A stretch of DNA of 57,971 nt, filler included, from Dirinaria sp. TL-2023a (Eukaryota), in NCBI GenBank assembly GCA_051941275.1. It is 3 parts of 3 records of this genome, joined end to end, with 100 filler letters (N's around TTAATTAATTAA, not from the genome) between each part and the next. Parts side by side here need not be neighbours in the genome. Positions count along the whole stretch, not along the records: positions 19,406 to 38,639 come from JAVEBF010000345.1; 2 more parts are not named here. One strand, 5' to 3'. Positions within the stretch are counted from its first letter, which is position 1; each line of letters starts with the position of its first letter. Both the position numbers and the translations under genes were made by a program. The notes beneath the pieces are model-generated. The model did not search any database. It saw only the letters and a program-made list of their open reading frames with translations, and was not told the DNA's origin. This document shows positions 25,401-38,739 of this stretch, one piece after another.

Positions 25401-28400
25401 CTCGCCTGTATCCAGGAGCTGAGGCTTCCACAGCTTATTATGTATGGCTTCCACAATACTCTTGTCAACGAAACGACGTTCGACATTGGCCGTCTGGTGA
25501 ACTCGTAGAACGTCCATGGCGAATATGGGATTGACAATTTTCTCAAAAACAAAGGCTTTGACCTTCTGTGAAGAGCTCCGTGAGCTATAGAGATCCAGAC
25601 TGCGCATCACTAAACTTCGCCATAGATCGATCGATTCACTCGATATCAAGTGATTATAAAGGTAAGAGGAAAACGACGCGTGCTGTTTGATGGCTTCAGA
25701 GGTAAATGCTTCTATCAGCTGAAACAGAAAGTCGAGATCTTGCGGCCTTTGTTTCATGTAAGCTACGAATATATCGATCATCTGCTCTCCGGCTTGGTCA
25801 GCTGCCAAACGCAGATCTCCAGCGATGCTATCAGAGGCCAGTGCCTGATGGAGCTCCTTCCCAACGCTCAGAAGGGTATCGCGGAAAGTACGGGCTTCAG
25901 CGATCCACTCGCTTTGATGAGCACATATGGTTTTCACCACATGTACAGCATTCACACCGGCAACGTTCCTCTTCTCGGCATCTTCGACATCAGTGAATGT
26001 CTTGATCAGGCCTTCGATATCCGCGATGACGACATCTCGCAGTGGATCACTTTGAGAAGAGTCTAGTAATTGCGCGAAAAATCTGCCATACTTGAGCTCC
26101 GACATTCTTTCCCCGAAAAAAGCCCAAGTCTCCTTCGCATATCGATTCAAGAATTTGAGAAGTGGCTCGCGGAATGGACTGTAGTGCACTCTTCTCAGCG
26201 AGTCTTCGAGGTCCATTACTTTGTTAACGAGATCCTGCATGAAGCTAGCAGCAGCTGACGGCAGAAGATGGAAAATATTCAACACTGCGATGACGATTTG
26301 CATCTGGGGATGTTGCTCGATGAGGGCAAAAGAAGATTTCTGCAATGCTTGGGCGGTCGCGATATGCGCAAGATGAGACAAAAGCCGTTCCCCAATCTCC
26401 ACTTTGAAATAGTTTGTCAACAGCGCTAGCAACCGAGCTAGCCCTTGTAAGCCTTTGACATTCAGTTTTTCCGGATTTTGGAGGTTCATGAGGATCGGTC
26501 GAAGGCCGCTCTGTAGAAGATCTTTGGGTAGCTTGTTTGTCTGCGCCAGGACACCCTTGAGGCCACTGTTCGCTGCTTCAATCACATCCGGATTGACCGA
26601 GTACAGCGACTTGAAGAAGACCGAAATGATACGGCTACGGCTCTGGGTCTGCTGCTGCCCAGCAAACTCAGAGAAGCCCACAGCTAGTGAGAGAAGCTTG
26701 ATACATGCTACTCTAAGGCTGAGGATCGATTCGGCCGCTTTGTATTCTGATGGCTTGTGTGCAAGTGCCTCGTCCTCCGCGTCAGCCAAAGCCATAGACT
26801 CCGTCAACAGCCGGTGAAGCGGTTCGTTGAACTCGACCAAATTCTGCTGCATGCCTAGACAGTAGGTGATGGCTTCGATATAGCCGATCTGAGTAGCCAA
26901 TGGCAATACCCTTAGAGGCTTGCTGTATATGAGGTGCAGTAAGCGATCTTTCACGGGAGATAGAAGCTCGTGAATCTCAACCTCCACCACCTCCGCAATA
27001 GTCGTAAAAGACCGCTGCGCTGCGGCGCGTACATGCTTATTCATATGCGCCAGCTCATGGATGAGGAAGCCGCAAGTGTTATACAGCCGACTTTGGTGGT
27101 TTTGGATTTCTCCTTTCGGGACACCTTTGCTGCATCGTCGTAATATGGTTTCAATCGTCTGCAACGCTTTATTCCGAGTGCTTGCTGGCAGGTCTTGGGG
27201 CATATCCTTGATAACGTAGATGAGTGATCGAATGAATTTCGTTTGTCTAGTGACCATCCAGTGATCACCAAGATCAATCTTGGTCACGAGTAAGTGAAGA
27301 GCTAAGCCCCCGCCTGCCTTCATGAACCATTCCTCCTCATGGCACTTGTGACAGCATAGATCGGCCAAAGAACTGAAAAAAGGTAGTCTGTCTGCCTTTT
27401 CCTTTCCTCCCATGACAACACCTGCTGCTTCATACATGTTTACGATAGCCCTCTCAGCTACGTCACGGACGGCAGCATTGTCAGATGACAGTGACTCGAC
27501 TATAGCATCTGCCAATACATGACTATCGAGGTTTAACGGGCCTTCTCCGGACCGGACATCGAACTCCTTTCTCTCTTGCTTCATGCGGGACAAGGCTCTA
27601 CCGAGCTCCAGGATCGTGAAGTGGCGGCAGACGTCGGCTAGAAGATTTGAAGCTACAGTGTCGAGGTTTGCTATCGTTGCAGCTAGCATACAGGCTTTCA
27701 ATAATTTCTTGAGCGTCTCCTCCTGCGATTCCTTCTTGGAAACCGACTTTTCACGATCGGCCATTAAGACTACATCTGGGCCTGCATCGTACCGGGCTTC
27801 AAGTAGGTCCTGTGCCTGTAAGCGCACAATCTGTGCCAACTCGTCTGGAAGCCTGTCAAAGCCCATGTGGAGCTTTAGCTGAGCACTGATAAGTCTGAAA
27901 GCTTGCTGCTTGTAGTAAGGATCGGCCTTTTTAGCCGCCAGGGCTTTGGGGCTCTCAGTCAGCCTGGTGATGGCGAGGTCGATCCCCAGTTTGGCTGGGA
28001 AAGCTCTTTCTTTGGCAGATCCTATCAATTTAATGTTAATGCTAGGTTCGTCATCCGCGAACCGCTTGTACTCCAGACGCGGAGGGCCAGTCAGGAATTT
28101 ACGGTTGCGGCCACCAAGTTTACCAAGAATCCGCATGGTGGTGTGTGCATGGAAGTGGCTGTATGGAGTCGGTTGAAGATGGTCCCAGAGCGCTGTCATA
28201 AGGTCATCGATGACCGGTGCCATGATAGGATCAAGGTACTCGGCAGTGAGATTATCCACGCACAGCTCCAGCGTTCGCAAGCCTTGGCTGACCAGGTCCG
28301 ACCCTGCACGAAGGGCGATGACCAGCGGGCGCATGAGGTAGCTCAAATGTGGCAAGAGATTGCTTAAGCGAGCAGGTACTGTAAGACACAGCTCCACGTA

Positions 28401-30928
28401 GAGGTCTCGCTCCTGCGGCTTACGTGCGGCGAGCAATAGGTTGTTCAGCACCTCTAGCAGCATTTCTAATAACGGTAAAATTTCCTTGTACAGTAGCTCA
28501 AACCGTCCTCCGCCGATACTGCGGAAAAGCGATCGCAAGAGGTAGAAGTAGTTCATCGGCTCCTCGGCTGTAGTAGACAACTGGATCGCTTTGGTGACGA
28601 TATTCGTGACGTGGGGAAGGAGAACAGGCTCGTTGGGTTGCGAAAACAATGTTACCGCCATGAAGGAGAGCTTGAACATCCGCAACAAAATTGACGACTT
28701 CTTGATATCTGAACTACCCACATCACCAATACGATCCATCAAGAACTGAAGTAACATGCCGGCAAAGCTCGGCGAGGTAGCCTCGCTAGCGAGGAAGAAT
28801 TGAGGAATGTGAAGAAGTGCAGTATGCTCGAACATCATCTCATACAAACGTGGGATCTCAGAATGAAAGACCTCGTGGAAAGTTGCAGGATCAATGCTGT
28901 GGAAGACGGTTGCAAAAGTCTCGAGAAGTTCCTTTTCTTCCTTCCCGCTCTGGACCATGTACTGGTTCCCCAGAAACTCGAGTGGAGAATTGTATGTAGC
29001 CTCGGTCGGCGGTTGTTCGGAGCTGTAGTATCGGAAGACGTGAGCGCCCTCTCGAAAGAGCTTTTTGATGACATCGACTTCCTCGGCATCATAACCGTGG
29101 GATATCTCCGACCAGTTCGGTGGAGCATTTGCAGGGTCCATGGCCGGGGTGTCGGGATTGCAGAGTCGTAGCTGGTAGAACATGCCTTTGAGCCCGGTCA
29201 AGAGGTTTTTGAACAAGAACTTGTTATCATCTACTGGATTAGCACCGCGATCCTTGGGATTGGAGGTCTTGATGGGCGTAGCAGTGAAAATATCAATGTC
29301 GTCCCAATCAGGTGGATTGCCCGAGTCTAGAAGATGGTCCTCGGCGATTGCATCGATCGTCTGCTGCTCGTAGAGCTTGGATAATTTGACTGCGTTTCGA
29401 TAGTGCCTATTCATAGCCGCAAACTTTTCCGCAATCGCGCTCAATATCATGATCAAAAAGTGACGCGCGTCCTTCTTGTCCTTGAGATTGGCTATACTGT
29501 CCGCCATGTTGAGCAGAAGCTTTGCACTCATAGTCTGGAAGCTGGTGCCGGGGAAGTTGTCATGCAGATTCATCGAAAACACGTCGACAGTCTTTCGAAT
29601 CTGGTCCCGGTTGAGAGTGTCGCGGACATGATGGATCAGGTCGGCAAGCAAGCTATACGCGAGTGGACGCAGAGTCTCATACACGGTCAGCCCGTCCCCG
29701 ATCAGTGTCCGCGCATCCAGAAGATCGTCAATCTTCGTCAAAAAGATCTTCCGAAAGTTGAAATTGATGGTGTGCCGGATAGCTATGAGCAGTTCTTTCC
29801 TCGTGGCCGATTTTTCGCTTGGACAGTCCCGGAGTAGACGAACAACTATTTCTGGTAGTTTTGGCAAGAAGTCGTTCATGTGCGAATAATAGACCCGAAG
29901 CAGGTAGGCCAAGAAGCTCATCACCTTGACCTGCGCCGTGATGAAGTCTCCAAAGGCGGCTTGATTTTTGATTTCCTTGCTGACACCAATAAAATTTTCC
30001 CCTCGTTGTCTTGCTTCTTCGTGCGCTCGCTCTTGTGGTTTGGCTTGGAGCATTAAGACTACTTTGATTAGTGGGAGGAACTTCTTCACATTGCTCGGAG
30101 TGGAGTTCCGGTGGGCTTGAAATAGCGAAACGACGATGATCGGACACTCTGCGAAAACCTTGAACGAGTCCATGCCCTTTAACAAAGGCCGATTGGTTTG
30201 CATATCGATACTCAGATCCGATGCGACCGAAGCGGATGGCGAATTGGGCCGAGGGGATTGAAAGCTCTGACTGTTGCCTGCAGCAGTTCCCGACGCGGCT
30301 GGAGTATCGAATGTGTTCTGCACCACTTGCTCGACGTTCTCGAACATTTCTTGGATTAAGTTCAGGAACGGCTGGATTTTACTGGCAGTCGCTTCGGTCT
30401 GATATCTTTCAAGGTCCATGACCGTCTTCATACAGAGAATCGCGTTATCCTCATTCTCCTTGCGAACCAATTCCATTAGCAGACCGACTATGCCATCGGC
30501 ATACGGCTTGAGAGCTTCCACATGGTTCATGGGAAGACGATGGAAGATCTCCAGCACACAGTTCCGCAATTTCTGAAGAGCCATAATCAGTATGAGCTGC
30601 CAGAAAACCCGAGTTAGTGACGCTTACATGCTCCCAGGAGGTGCTCATGAAACTGGGTGGGCCCTCCAAAAGCTTCGAGAGGACTGGGACCAGCTTGCGA
30701 AGGAAGAGGGCATAGGAAGTTCCGCTGCAGAGTACATCTGTACTGTCCCGGAGTTCGGTGGCAGTGCTGTACTTGAGCTTGATGTCTGTACAGGGTTGTC
30801 AGCCTGGAATTCGACCGATGTTCGATGCCTGCACAGTGGGGCTGTTGAGGCTCGGGTGCAAAGTCCATACCTAAGCCAGTGTCTGCCAGCCTGGCAGCGA
30901 AGACATCAATCTGTCGTTCCGTCATCAT
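19406..30928 (-). CDS. TRA1: Transcription-associated protein 1 (TRRAP), PIKK-family pseudokinase of SAGA/NuA4; the last codons fall in the gap
   Basis: join(30928..30871, 30785..30628, 30572..<19406); ~3800 aa of HEAT/FAT repeats, [24 protein letters not shown], ending at QTVIDLVAR inside the FATC domain. Confidence 0.98.
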
Positions 30929-31816
30929 GAAAGCCTCTACGAGAAAAGATCTATGTGTCGACGTTCCGATGAGAAGCTGCCAACTAAGCTTCTATGGAAT
31001 GACAGCTCGGTGGAAGATACAAAGTGCTGGCTAACACTCATTGCGACGATCTATGTCGTCTGATGATATGAAATCACCAAGTGAAAGATTCCAGCCTCGT
31101 GAATATGGATCAGCATCAAGGTTTCTGACATTCCATGCATGCATCACTAAATTCAATGAGGCAGCGAACAGACGCGAACCTGGTGGAGAACAAAAGATAC
31201 AGTACTGTAGGATGCACAGTCAAGTGTTGCTCAGTGGGATGATAACAAGAATGTTGTGTTCGTGTTTTATGGCGGATATGATTGCCGGATTTGTGAGGGA
31301 CAGAAGGGCAATCCTGAGAGAAGCATGACAGTGTGATGGAGATTCCAAGTACAATATATTAATATCGGGAACAAGAAAATAATCAAATGGAAAGTTTGGG
31401 GGCAACCGCCTGAGAAATCGCTTTGGCGCTAGCAGGGAAGAGGCAGTTCGCTTCCCCGGGCCGAGTCATCCTTGCCTCTCCCCCTTGCCTCTCCCTCTTC
31501 CCCCACCTGGGCCTCCTCCCACCTGGTGAGTTTGCGGCTCAGTGACTCTACATTAGTACTACTATACATACAGTAAAGGCTGCTCAGCCCGATTCTCAGC
31601 CTTATGATCTTTACCTTATCCCAGAATGGTGTGCAGAAGCTGACTCATCGACCTTGCCCCAACCCCTATCCAAACCCTTCAGAATAAGGTAAGCGACCTT
31701 ATGTCAGAGCACAAGACAGTATTGAGTGATTCGAGTGTGTATGGAACTAAAGTAGCTAATGTACAGTAGGGACTGATCAGCTACAAGGGTATCCAGACTA
31801 TAATAATTCAATCAAT

Positions 31817-32653
31817 TTATACCAACGAAGTCTTCTTCTTGATCCCTAACGCTCCAGCCAGATCCTTTTTCTTCTTCGGTGCGCGTTTGAATGTCGGTGC
31901 TGGAGGCATCGATCCGTTCGACTCTTCTCCCACCAGCCAAAAACCGTCGGCAGGCAAAGTGTCGGCCTCATCCAACCCCAGCTTTCGGATCCGTTCCCCA
32001 TTCTCATCCACAAACGCCCTCCGCGTTGCCTCCTCGTCCTCCGCCTCAATTCGTTTCCGCTCCGCCTCCTTCTCTTCCGCCGCCTTGCGGACCAGATCCT
32101 CCACATGCTCCTTCTTCCCCGCCCGTTCGTTTCTCGCGTTCCGCGTCCGGATCTCGTCCAAAGCGTCGGCGATTTCCATCTCCCGTTTCGCATCCACCAC
32201 TTTGGTCTCCAGGTTCTCCATCACCCCCGTCTTCGCCACTTCCGCCTCCAATCGGTCGAACCGCTCCTGCTCCGTCTCCATCTCCTCGCCGTTTCCTTGC
32301 CCCGGATTCTGCCGCCACACTTCGAAATTGCGCTTCGCCCCCTTTTCGCACTCGTAGTCCATGTTCTTCGGGTCCGTCTTAAACGTGATCTCGCCGCTGC
32401 AGCGCGTGCACCGGATGTAGAAGCGGTAGATGGGGATGCTGAAGTACTTCTCCTCCGTCGTCTCCTTGCGCGCGTTGAACTTGCGCCCTTTGTAGATGTA
32501 CTCGCCGCATTGCGTGCATTTCATGCTGAACGGTGCCATCAGCCGCACCGTCTGCAGCGTCGGTCCGGGTGCCTTGGTGCCGCGCGTACGGGCGATTTTG
32601 GACGGATCGAAGTCCGGAGGGTAGTATTTGGTGAGAACCTTGCGTTCAGACAT
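31817..32653 (-). CDS. YJU2: Splicing factor YJU2/Cwc16
   Basis: MSERKVLTKYYPPDFDPSKI, VRLMAPFSMKCTQCGEYIYKGRKFNARKE, CTRCSGEITFKTDPKNMDY; intronless, 278 aa. Confidence 0.97.
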   Translation of the reverse strand: MSERKVLTKYYPPDFDPSKIARTRGTKAPGPTLQTVRLMAPFSMKCTQCGEYIYKGRKFNARKETTEEKYFSIPIYRFYIRCTRCSGEITFKTDPKNMDYECEKGAKRNFEVWRQNPGQGNGEEMETEQERFDRLEAEVAKTGVMENLETKVVDAKREMEIADALDEIRTRNARNERAGKKEHVEDLVRKAAEEKEAERKRIEAEDEEATRRAFVDENGERIRKLGLDEADTLPADGFWLVGEESNGSMPPAPTFKRAPKKKKDLAGALGIKKKTSLV

Positions 32654-33304
32654 CGTCCACTAGGTATCCGCCAAAGTAGAGATCTTCAGAAGGAGACCGC
32701 GCAGAAGGCTGCTAGCGGGTTACTCGGGAGCTATTAGGTACTGGTTTTATAGGGAAGAAGTCCAAAGGACAGAAAAAGTTCGACCTGGCAAGGTGCGTAG
32801 GTTGGGATGTGTTGGGATCTCAACCACGGAATCCAAGGTACCTTAAGGTAAGGAAGGTAAGGTATGGTAAATAATTTACGTCTCTTTAGCGCTGTAATCT
32901 ATTCCCCCGAGCTCCGACTCTCCGAGCCTCCGAGGCTCCGACTGTCCTTCGAGGTACACGAGGTACATACCCCTGTACGTTTAAGGTGCCTCAGATGTTC
33001 GAGACATTATTATTGCATAACCTTACAGTAGTCACCTCGGCCTCAAAACAGGAATTGCAGTGACCGATATGTCTATTTTGCGCTTCCTTGACCGGCCAAT
33101 TTCTCCGAATATAGAACAGAGTATCAAGACAGTCAGCCTGCTCGCAGGTCCAACGAAGTCTTGCAGAACGACTAGCACCGTGTATGTATGCCCCTGTCCC
33201 ACTGCACCAGAACCCAAACCCGACGCAGCTGTGGGGGAACGAAGCCTTGCCTCGGAGGCTTACTACAAGCGTCAAATTCAATTGCCGATATTATGAACTT
33301 TTCC

Positions 33305-35848
33305 TTATGCACGAGGGATGGCGGTGTTAGAATTCTGCCGCGAAGTCGCTGGCGGAGTCGTGCCTCCGGCGCTCGACGAACCACTCCTGTTTAAGCGGTG
33401 CGGACGAGAGTCGCTGTCTGAAGGTTGGTTCGTGTTTGACTGATTGAAGCATGCTGTCAGCATGCCACGCATCGCCAACTCAGAGCTGCAAGCGTGTGTC
33501 TCAACATCTTACCGAATTCTGTCTTTCGCTGTCCCTCGGCCGCCTCGCATCGCGCCCACTAGCGTTCTCGTCTTGAAGTCTTAACGCGTCCAGCCGCTTC
33601 TGGCTATCCTGCGTTATCGAGTCCTCGTCTATTCGGACCGGTGGGTTTATTTTCTGGCCCCTCGTGTTCGTCAGTGGTGCAACGGAGCTAGCATGAGAGG
33701 TGCTGTTGCGCTTCGCTAGCTCGGCCAGTCTGTCCCACTTGGCCTGACGTTGCGCCTTAACCTGATCCGCCTTGTTCTGCGCTTCCGTATACTCGTGTGA
33801 ACACTCGTCGAAGAGCTGTGGATTGATCTCCATGAAGAGCTTCATGGCGTTGTAGACCATCCCATGTATGGTCCTAATGCCGTCAAACGTGCACAACGAA
33901 GGAATTTGCAAGGGTCATACCTATTCCAATGGCCTTTGGAGTTCTCATAGAGCGGGGCAAACATGATAGGAAGTATAACTTCGACGTTATCACTGATAAG
34001 GTTGCAGAAGTATTCGTTGTTCCAAAAGTAAAGTGCGCGTTCGGCCACCTGGAAATGCGGACTTGCGACTGACTTGGCAAGTTGGTGGAATATCGGCTCC
34101 TGCACCTTGGCGAATTCCGACGGATCCATAACCTCAAAGATGTCTTCCACTTCATTCAGGAACATGACCTCTTTGGTACTGTTCACTTTTGGCCAGTACC
34201 TTAAGAGTCCGAGAACAACCTGCTGCGGTGAGTGTCTGGCCACAAACATGGAAGCCTATCCTTACCTCTTCCGTCAGTACAGCATCTTTTTCCAGGAACT
34301 GCACTATACAATACGCCAGCTGTGGATGATACATGCTCAAGCTCTTAACCTTATGCATCGGGATGAGCACTCTGGTGAGAAATAGTTTGTGCTCTTCTTT
34401 CAGCGGCAGCGCAAAGCCGTTGATAATGGAACCCAGTATTTCTAACAGCTCCGCTATGCCATTGAAACGTTCGGTCTCGTAGGTAAATTGGAAGAACACA
34501 TTATTGATAGAACGCCGAATGTATGATCGCAGGTTGAGAAACTTGCCGTAGATACGGTGAAGCGTGGTCTTGAGGAAATCCCGCTCGCGCGGGTCTTCTG
34601 AGTCGAAGAGTTCGAGAAGTTGCAGGACGAAGGCGTGGTCTATAAAGCCTTTTGCGATGTTGGTGTTGAAGTCTTGGCTCTCGATGAAGCGTAGGAAAAA
34701 TTCATACACAACTTGAATGTGGGGCCAAGCAACCTCTAGCACTGGCTCATCCTCTTCCGGATCGAACGCTTCTCCTTGAGGGTTCATTGGTGGCGGTATT
34801 GGACGGAACAAATTTTTGCTGAACATGTCGACGACCCTAGGATACATTGGTTCCGTAATGACTTGCCTATTATTGGCGACATAGTCCAAGAGTTCATGAA
34901 GTGCAAGTCGCTTGATTTCCTTGGACTTCATGTCTCCGCTGGCATCATTGAAATCGAAAATGATATTGCACTGATCGATCTTTTGCATGAAAAGGTCTTG
35001 CCGGCGATTGGGAGGAACCTCATGGAAGCCCGGTAGCTTCTCAAGCTCTCTTTGCCTCTGATCTGATATGTCGAATCTGGATGAATGCTGTCGTTTGGGC
35101 GTCCTAATACCCTCAGGCACATCTTTGGGAGTGGATGTCAATCGGTCAAAGGCCATTGACTTCGCACCTGGTCTTGGGGGTGCAAGATCTCCAGGCATTG
35201 TTTCTGCAGCGCCAGGTGGCGGGATATGCTGCTCATTGTCAGCTTGGTAAGGGCAAGAAAGGACTGCTCGCATAGGATAAAGTAGCAGTGATGGGCATAG
35301 CTTACCGGCGCATTCCCAGGACTTGGGCTTATGACAACATTTGGCGCCATTGGATGACCCGGTCTCGTCGGTGTTCCTGGCCCACCAACCCCACTTTGGT
35401 TGCCCACCCCGCCTGAGCCATGTTGCGATGGCAAGAATGGTTGGTGGGGCATTGAGCCGGGTGTACCTTGCGGAGGAGCATGCAGTGAACCACCATGGCC
35501 TTGGCCAGCCGGACCATTTTCATTTGGAGGTAAAGGTTTGTTTCTAGAATCGACTAAAGCAGAAGTAGACGAGGTCGGTGTACCATGTGCGGAGGAACTG
35601 GGAGAACTCGCACTGCCCGAGGGCGCCGCGCCTGTGTTCTGAGCAGGCGATGCCGAGCCGGTACTCGAGTCTTTCTTGCTCTTCGAGCTCTTGCTTGGGT
35701 CTTTGTTGCGCGACAGCTGCTCATGCTAAGTAAGTCAGCCGTTTCTGTGTGAAGGGGTGTAGAATCGAAGCCGACGCGCCCCAATTGCGAAGGCCCCAAG
35801 GCCTAGGGAAGGAGAAGCACATACTACTCTCTGCCTGATTCGATTCAT
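33305..35848 (-). CDS. RTS1: Protein phosphatase 2A B' (B56) regulatory subunit
   Basis: join(35848..35825, 35725..35306, 35228..34266, 34219..33921, 33873..33513, 33439..33305); [48 protein letters not shown]. The last exon is less certain; unspliced, the stop is at 33501. Confidence 0.95.
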
Positions 35849-36752
35849 CTTGTTGTAGGTGCTAGCCTTGAACCGTTGCCGGCGACTAGTCAGTTATGGT
35901 TCAGCCGCAATGCTCTCCCCACACCAGCCTGAAGTCGATCCTTCCGAGACGACGGCGACGTCAATGAGGGGATTCTTGATGCTCTACCAGCTTCGACTAT
36001 GCTTGGATGCCAAATGCAAGGTGAGCCGGGTCGCTGCTATTGGTTCATGGTGCTCGGGTTTGGAGTCGAGTAGTGGGCAGAGGATTGTTATTAAGGCAGC
36101 TTCGAGGTTCGTGGTCGTTCAGTAGGCTGCATCAAAATCAAAGGGGAAGGTCTAAGTGTAGAAGGGTCTCAAGGGCTTAGGAACATCAAAAGATTTAATA
36201 TGGGAGAAGAGCTGCAGTAGCAGCAGCGAAAGACTAGCAAGAAAACACCAAATTGAAGTGTTTCGTTCGGCGAATATTGAGGTTTCCAGAGCAGGCGATT
36301 AATCTTGCGCATGTTTCGACCAATCGTATGCGATACCGCTGCGGGGCCTCATATACGGATTCTGAGGGTTCACTCAGGGTTCAAACCACTCGAATCACCT
36401 CATCAAGGCATGACCAGGAGAACATGAAATTGAAAATACAGTAGAAGCGAGGTCTTGGAAGAGATGGCGAGGATAAACATACTTTGCTTGCCAAAAGGTA
36501 AGAATTAGAAAGTCATAATCCAACTACATCACACCCGGTCTTGGTAGGTACAAGTCTCTACAGTTACTGCGGCAATCATTGACCAACCCATTCCATATCT
36601 ACCCACCTACTTCATTAGTTCTTCACGAGGGAGATATCCTTGATACCAAAACCTGAGTATCCCCCATTGATTTCAGATCGTGTACCTGTGAAACCCATTT
36701 TTATCATCCAAGAGACAGGAACTGCATTTGCGTGCCTGACGCATTTATTCAC

Positions 36753-38639
36753 ATGGCAGCTCCAAGTAATGGCGATACGGACTCCCAGACCAAGCAGCCT
36801 CGGTATGCGAGTTGGTACAGTATAGCACCAACTCCTTTCGTTGGCATTGAGCATCCTTTCATCATCAAGAACGTAGAGAAAGGAGTTCAGTCGCTAGGTG
36901 GTCTTTCAGCAGTATCCAAAGTAACAGTGAAAATCTACCCCCATCGAACTTTCACAGTAATCTAACAATGATTCTCCCAGCTCGCTCAAAATACCAAAGA
37001 GCGTCCAGCAGCACGGCTGTACTTCAAGCCCGGCAACCGCGAAAGCAAACCAGTCTCTGCGAGAATTGCAAAGACCAGCGATGTGGTCCTGAAAGTGACC
37101 TTGCCGAAGCGGACAGGGCGAAAGCGCAAGAGAGGCTCGGATGATCCATTTGAAGCCTCCAGCGACGATTCATGTCCCCAGGCTAGCAGTCAAAGGACCG
37201 GTACTCCTCGAATTCCTCCGGCTTCGGCGAAAGCAAGTTACGTACTTCGAAGTCTGCGAGATAATCAAGAAATCTACGAAGTGGAAGCTGTTGGACACGT
37301 TAATGAGACTCACCGCTTCAGAAGTGAATTCCCTCACTTGCCTCGCTGCCACGTTTTTTTGCTGACTGGTTGCAGCCTTACCGGACTTTGTCTTCAGCAC
37401 GAAGAATAATGCTTTCATGCAAAAGCTGAGGGATACGACATTGACCTTCGAATGTAACTCTGACCTGCTGTACAAATATCCATGTATCCAAGGCTAACAA
37501 ACAACAGACGAGAAAATCAAGAATTTCGAGTTCGATCAAAGCACAGGCGTACAACAAGTCAATGATCTAGTGCCACCACCGCAATGGAACTACATCCCCA
37601 CGCCTTTCAACTACAAGTCTGTTCCCCCATCCATCTTCAATTCTTTGAGCAATCTTACTCACCTACTCATCTACCAGCTACCACCAAAACCCGGGCGCCA
37701 AGCAGTTAAACGCCCCATCGAGAAACCCCTCCTTCGTAGTCGACGGCATGCCGATCAAGCAACACAACCAACAAACAGCCTGCGACTCTCCAACGATCCC
37801 AATGCATCCCTCGCCCTTGATCCCCGCGCTCTCATCCCTCGACCCAGCGATGCAGCGCATCATAACCGAGGCCCGACACCTCTTCTCCACCCGCCCGATC
37901 TGGACCCGGCGCGCGCTGTACAACTCGCTGCCGCGGCCGGACATGAAAACGATCGGGTGGACGGGGGCCAAGTACATCCAGCAGTACTGCGGCTACAGCT
38001 TCACGAGCGGGCCGTGGCGGGATGCGATCGTCCGCTTCGGCACCGACCCGCGCACCGACATCGGCTGCCGGGCCTACCAGACCCTGCAATTCCAACTCGA
38101 CTCCAACGTGAACGCCCCCGTGGACAGCCGCGGCGGCAACAACAACAAGGGACAGGACAGTAGTGATCTCACGAAACCAGACCGTCTCTCCGCCTCGACG
38201 ACAACGACGCCACTGCTGCCACAGCACCGCGACAGCCACCTCTTCGACGGCGAACGCGTGTTCACGGACGGCAAAGTGTGGCAGCTGTGCGACATCACCG
38301 ACCCGCACCTGCAACACATCTTCGCCACGGCGACGCTGCGCGAAACCTGCCACGTCGCCCTCGACGGCTGGTTCCAGAACGGGGTCTACGCGAAGGCGCG
38401 CATCGTCATGAAACACAAGATCCGCGGCATCCTGGAGGGCCAACCTTTGCGCGACGACGTGTTCCGCTTCTTCGACCGCCTGCCCCATGTTTTGGGGGAG
38501 TCCACGCGGAGCAGGTTTATGGTGGGCAGGAGGGCGATCCGGGAGAAGAGGTTGACGCAGTTGCAGTTGGGGATGTTGGGGGAGATGAGGACTGCGGCGC
38601 TGAGGAGTAAGGATCCGGATGAAGGGGGATTGGAGGGGG
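36753..38639 (+). CDS. TFC1: RNA polymerase III transcription factor TFIIIC subunit tau95, multi-exon, 3' end lost in the gap
   Basis: IEHPFIIKNVEKGVQSLGG; VLKVTLPKRTGRKRKRGS; THRFR; LFSTRPIWTRRAL; YSFTSGPWRDAIVRFGTDPR; WQLCDITDP; DGWF.NG. Confidence 0.92.
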
Positions 38640-38739
38640 NNNNNNNNNNNNNNNNNNNNNNNNNNNNNNNNNNNNNNNNNNNNTTAATTAATTAANNNNN
38701 NNNNNNNNNNNNNNNNNNNNNNNNNNNNNNNNNNNNNNN
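38640..38739. other. Artificial contig spacer / assembly gap
   Basis: Same N44-TTAATTAATTAA-N44 spacer. Confidence 0.98.

Noticed and set aside
19618..30421. Many short overlapping or antisense ORFs within TRA1 (likewise within YJU2, TFC1 and the M35-like gene)
   Set aside because: Expected shadows of long or GC-rich coding sequence; no recognisable motifs.
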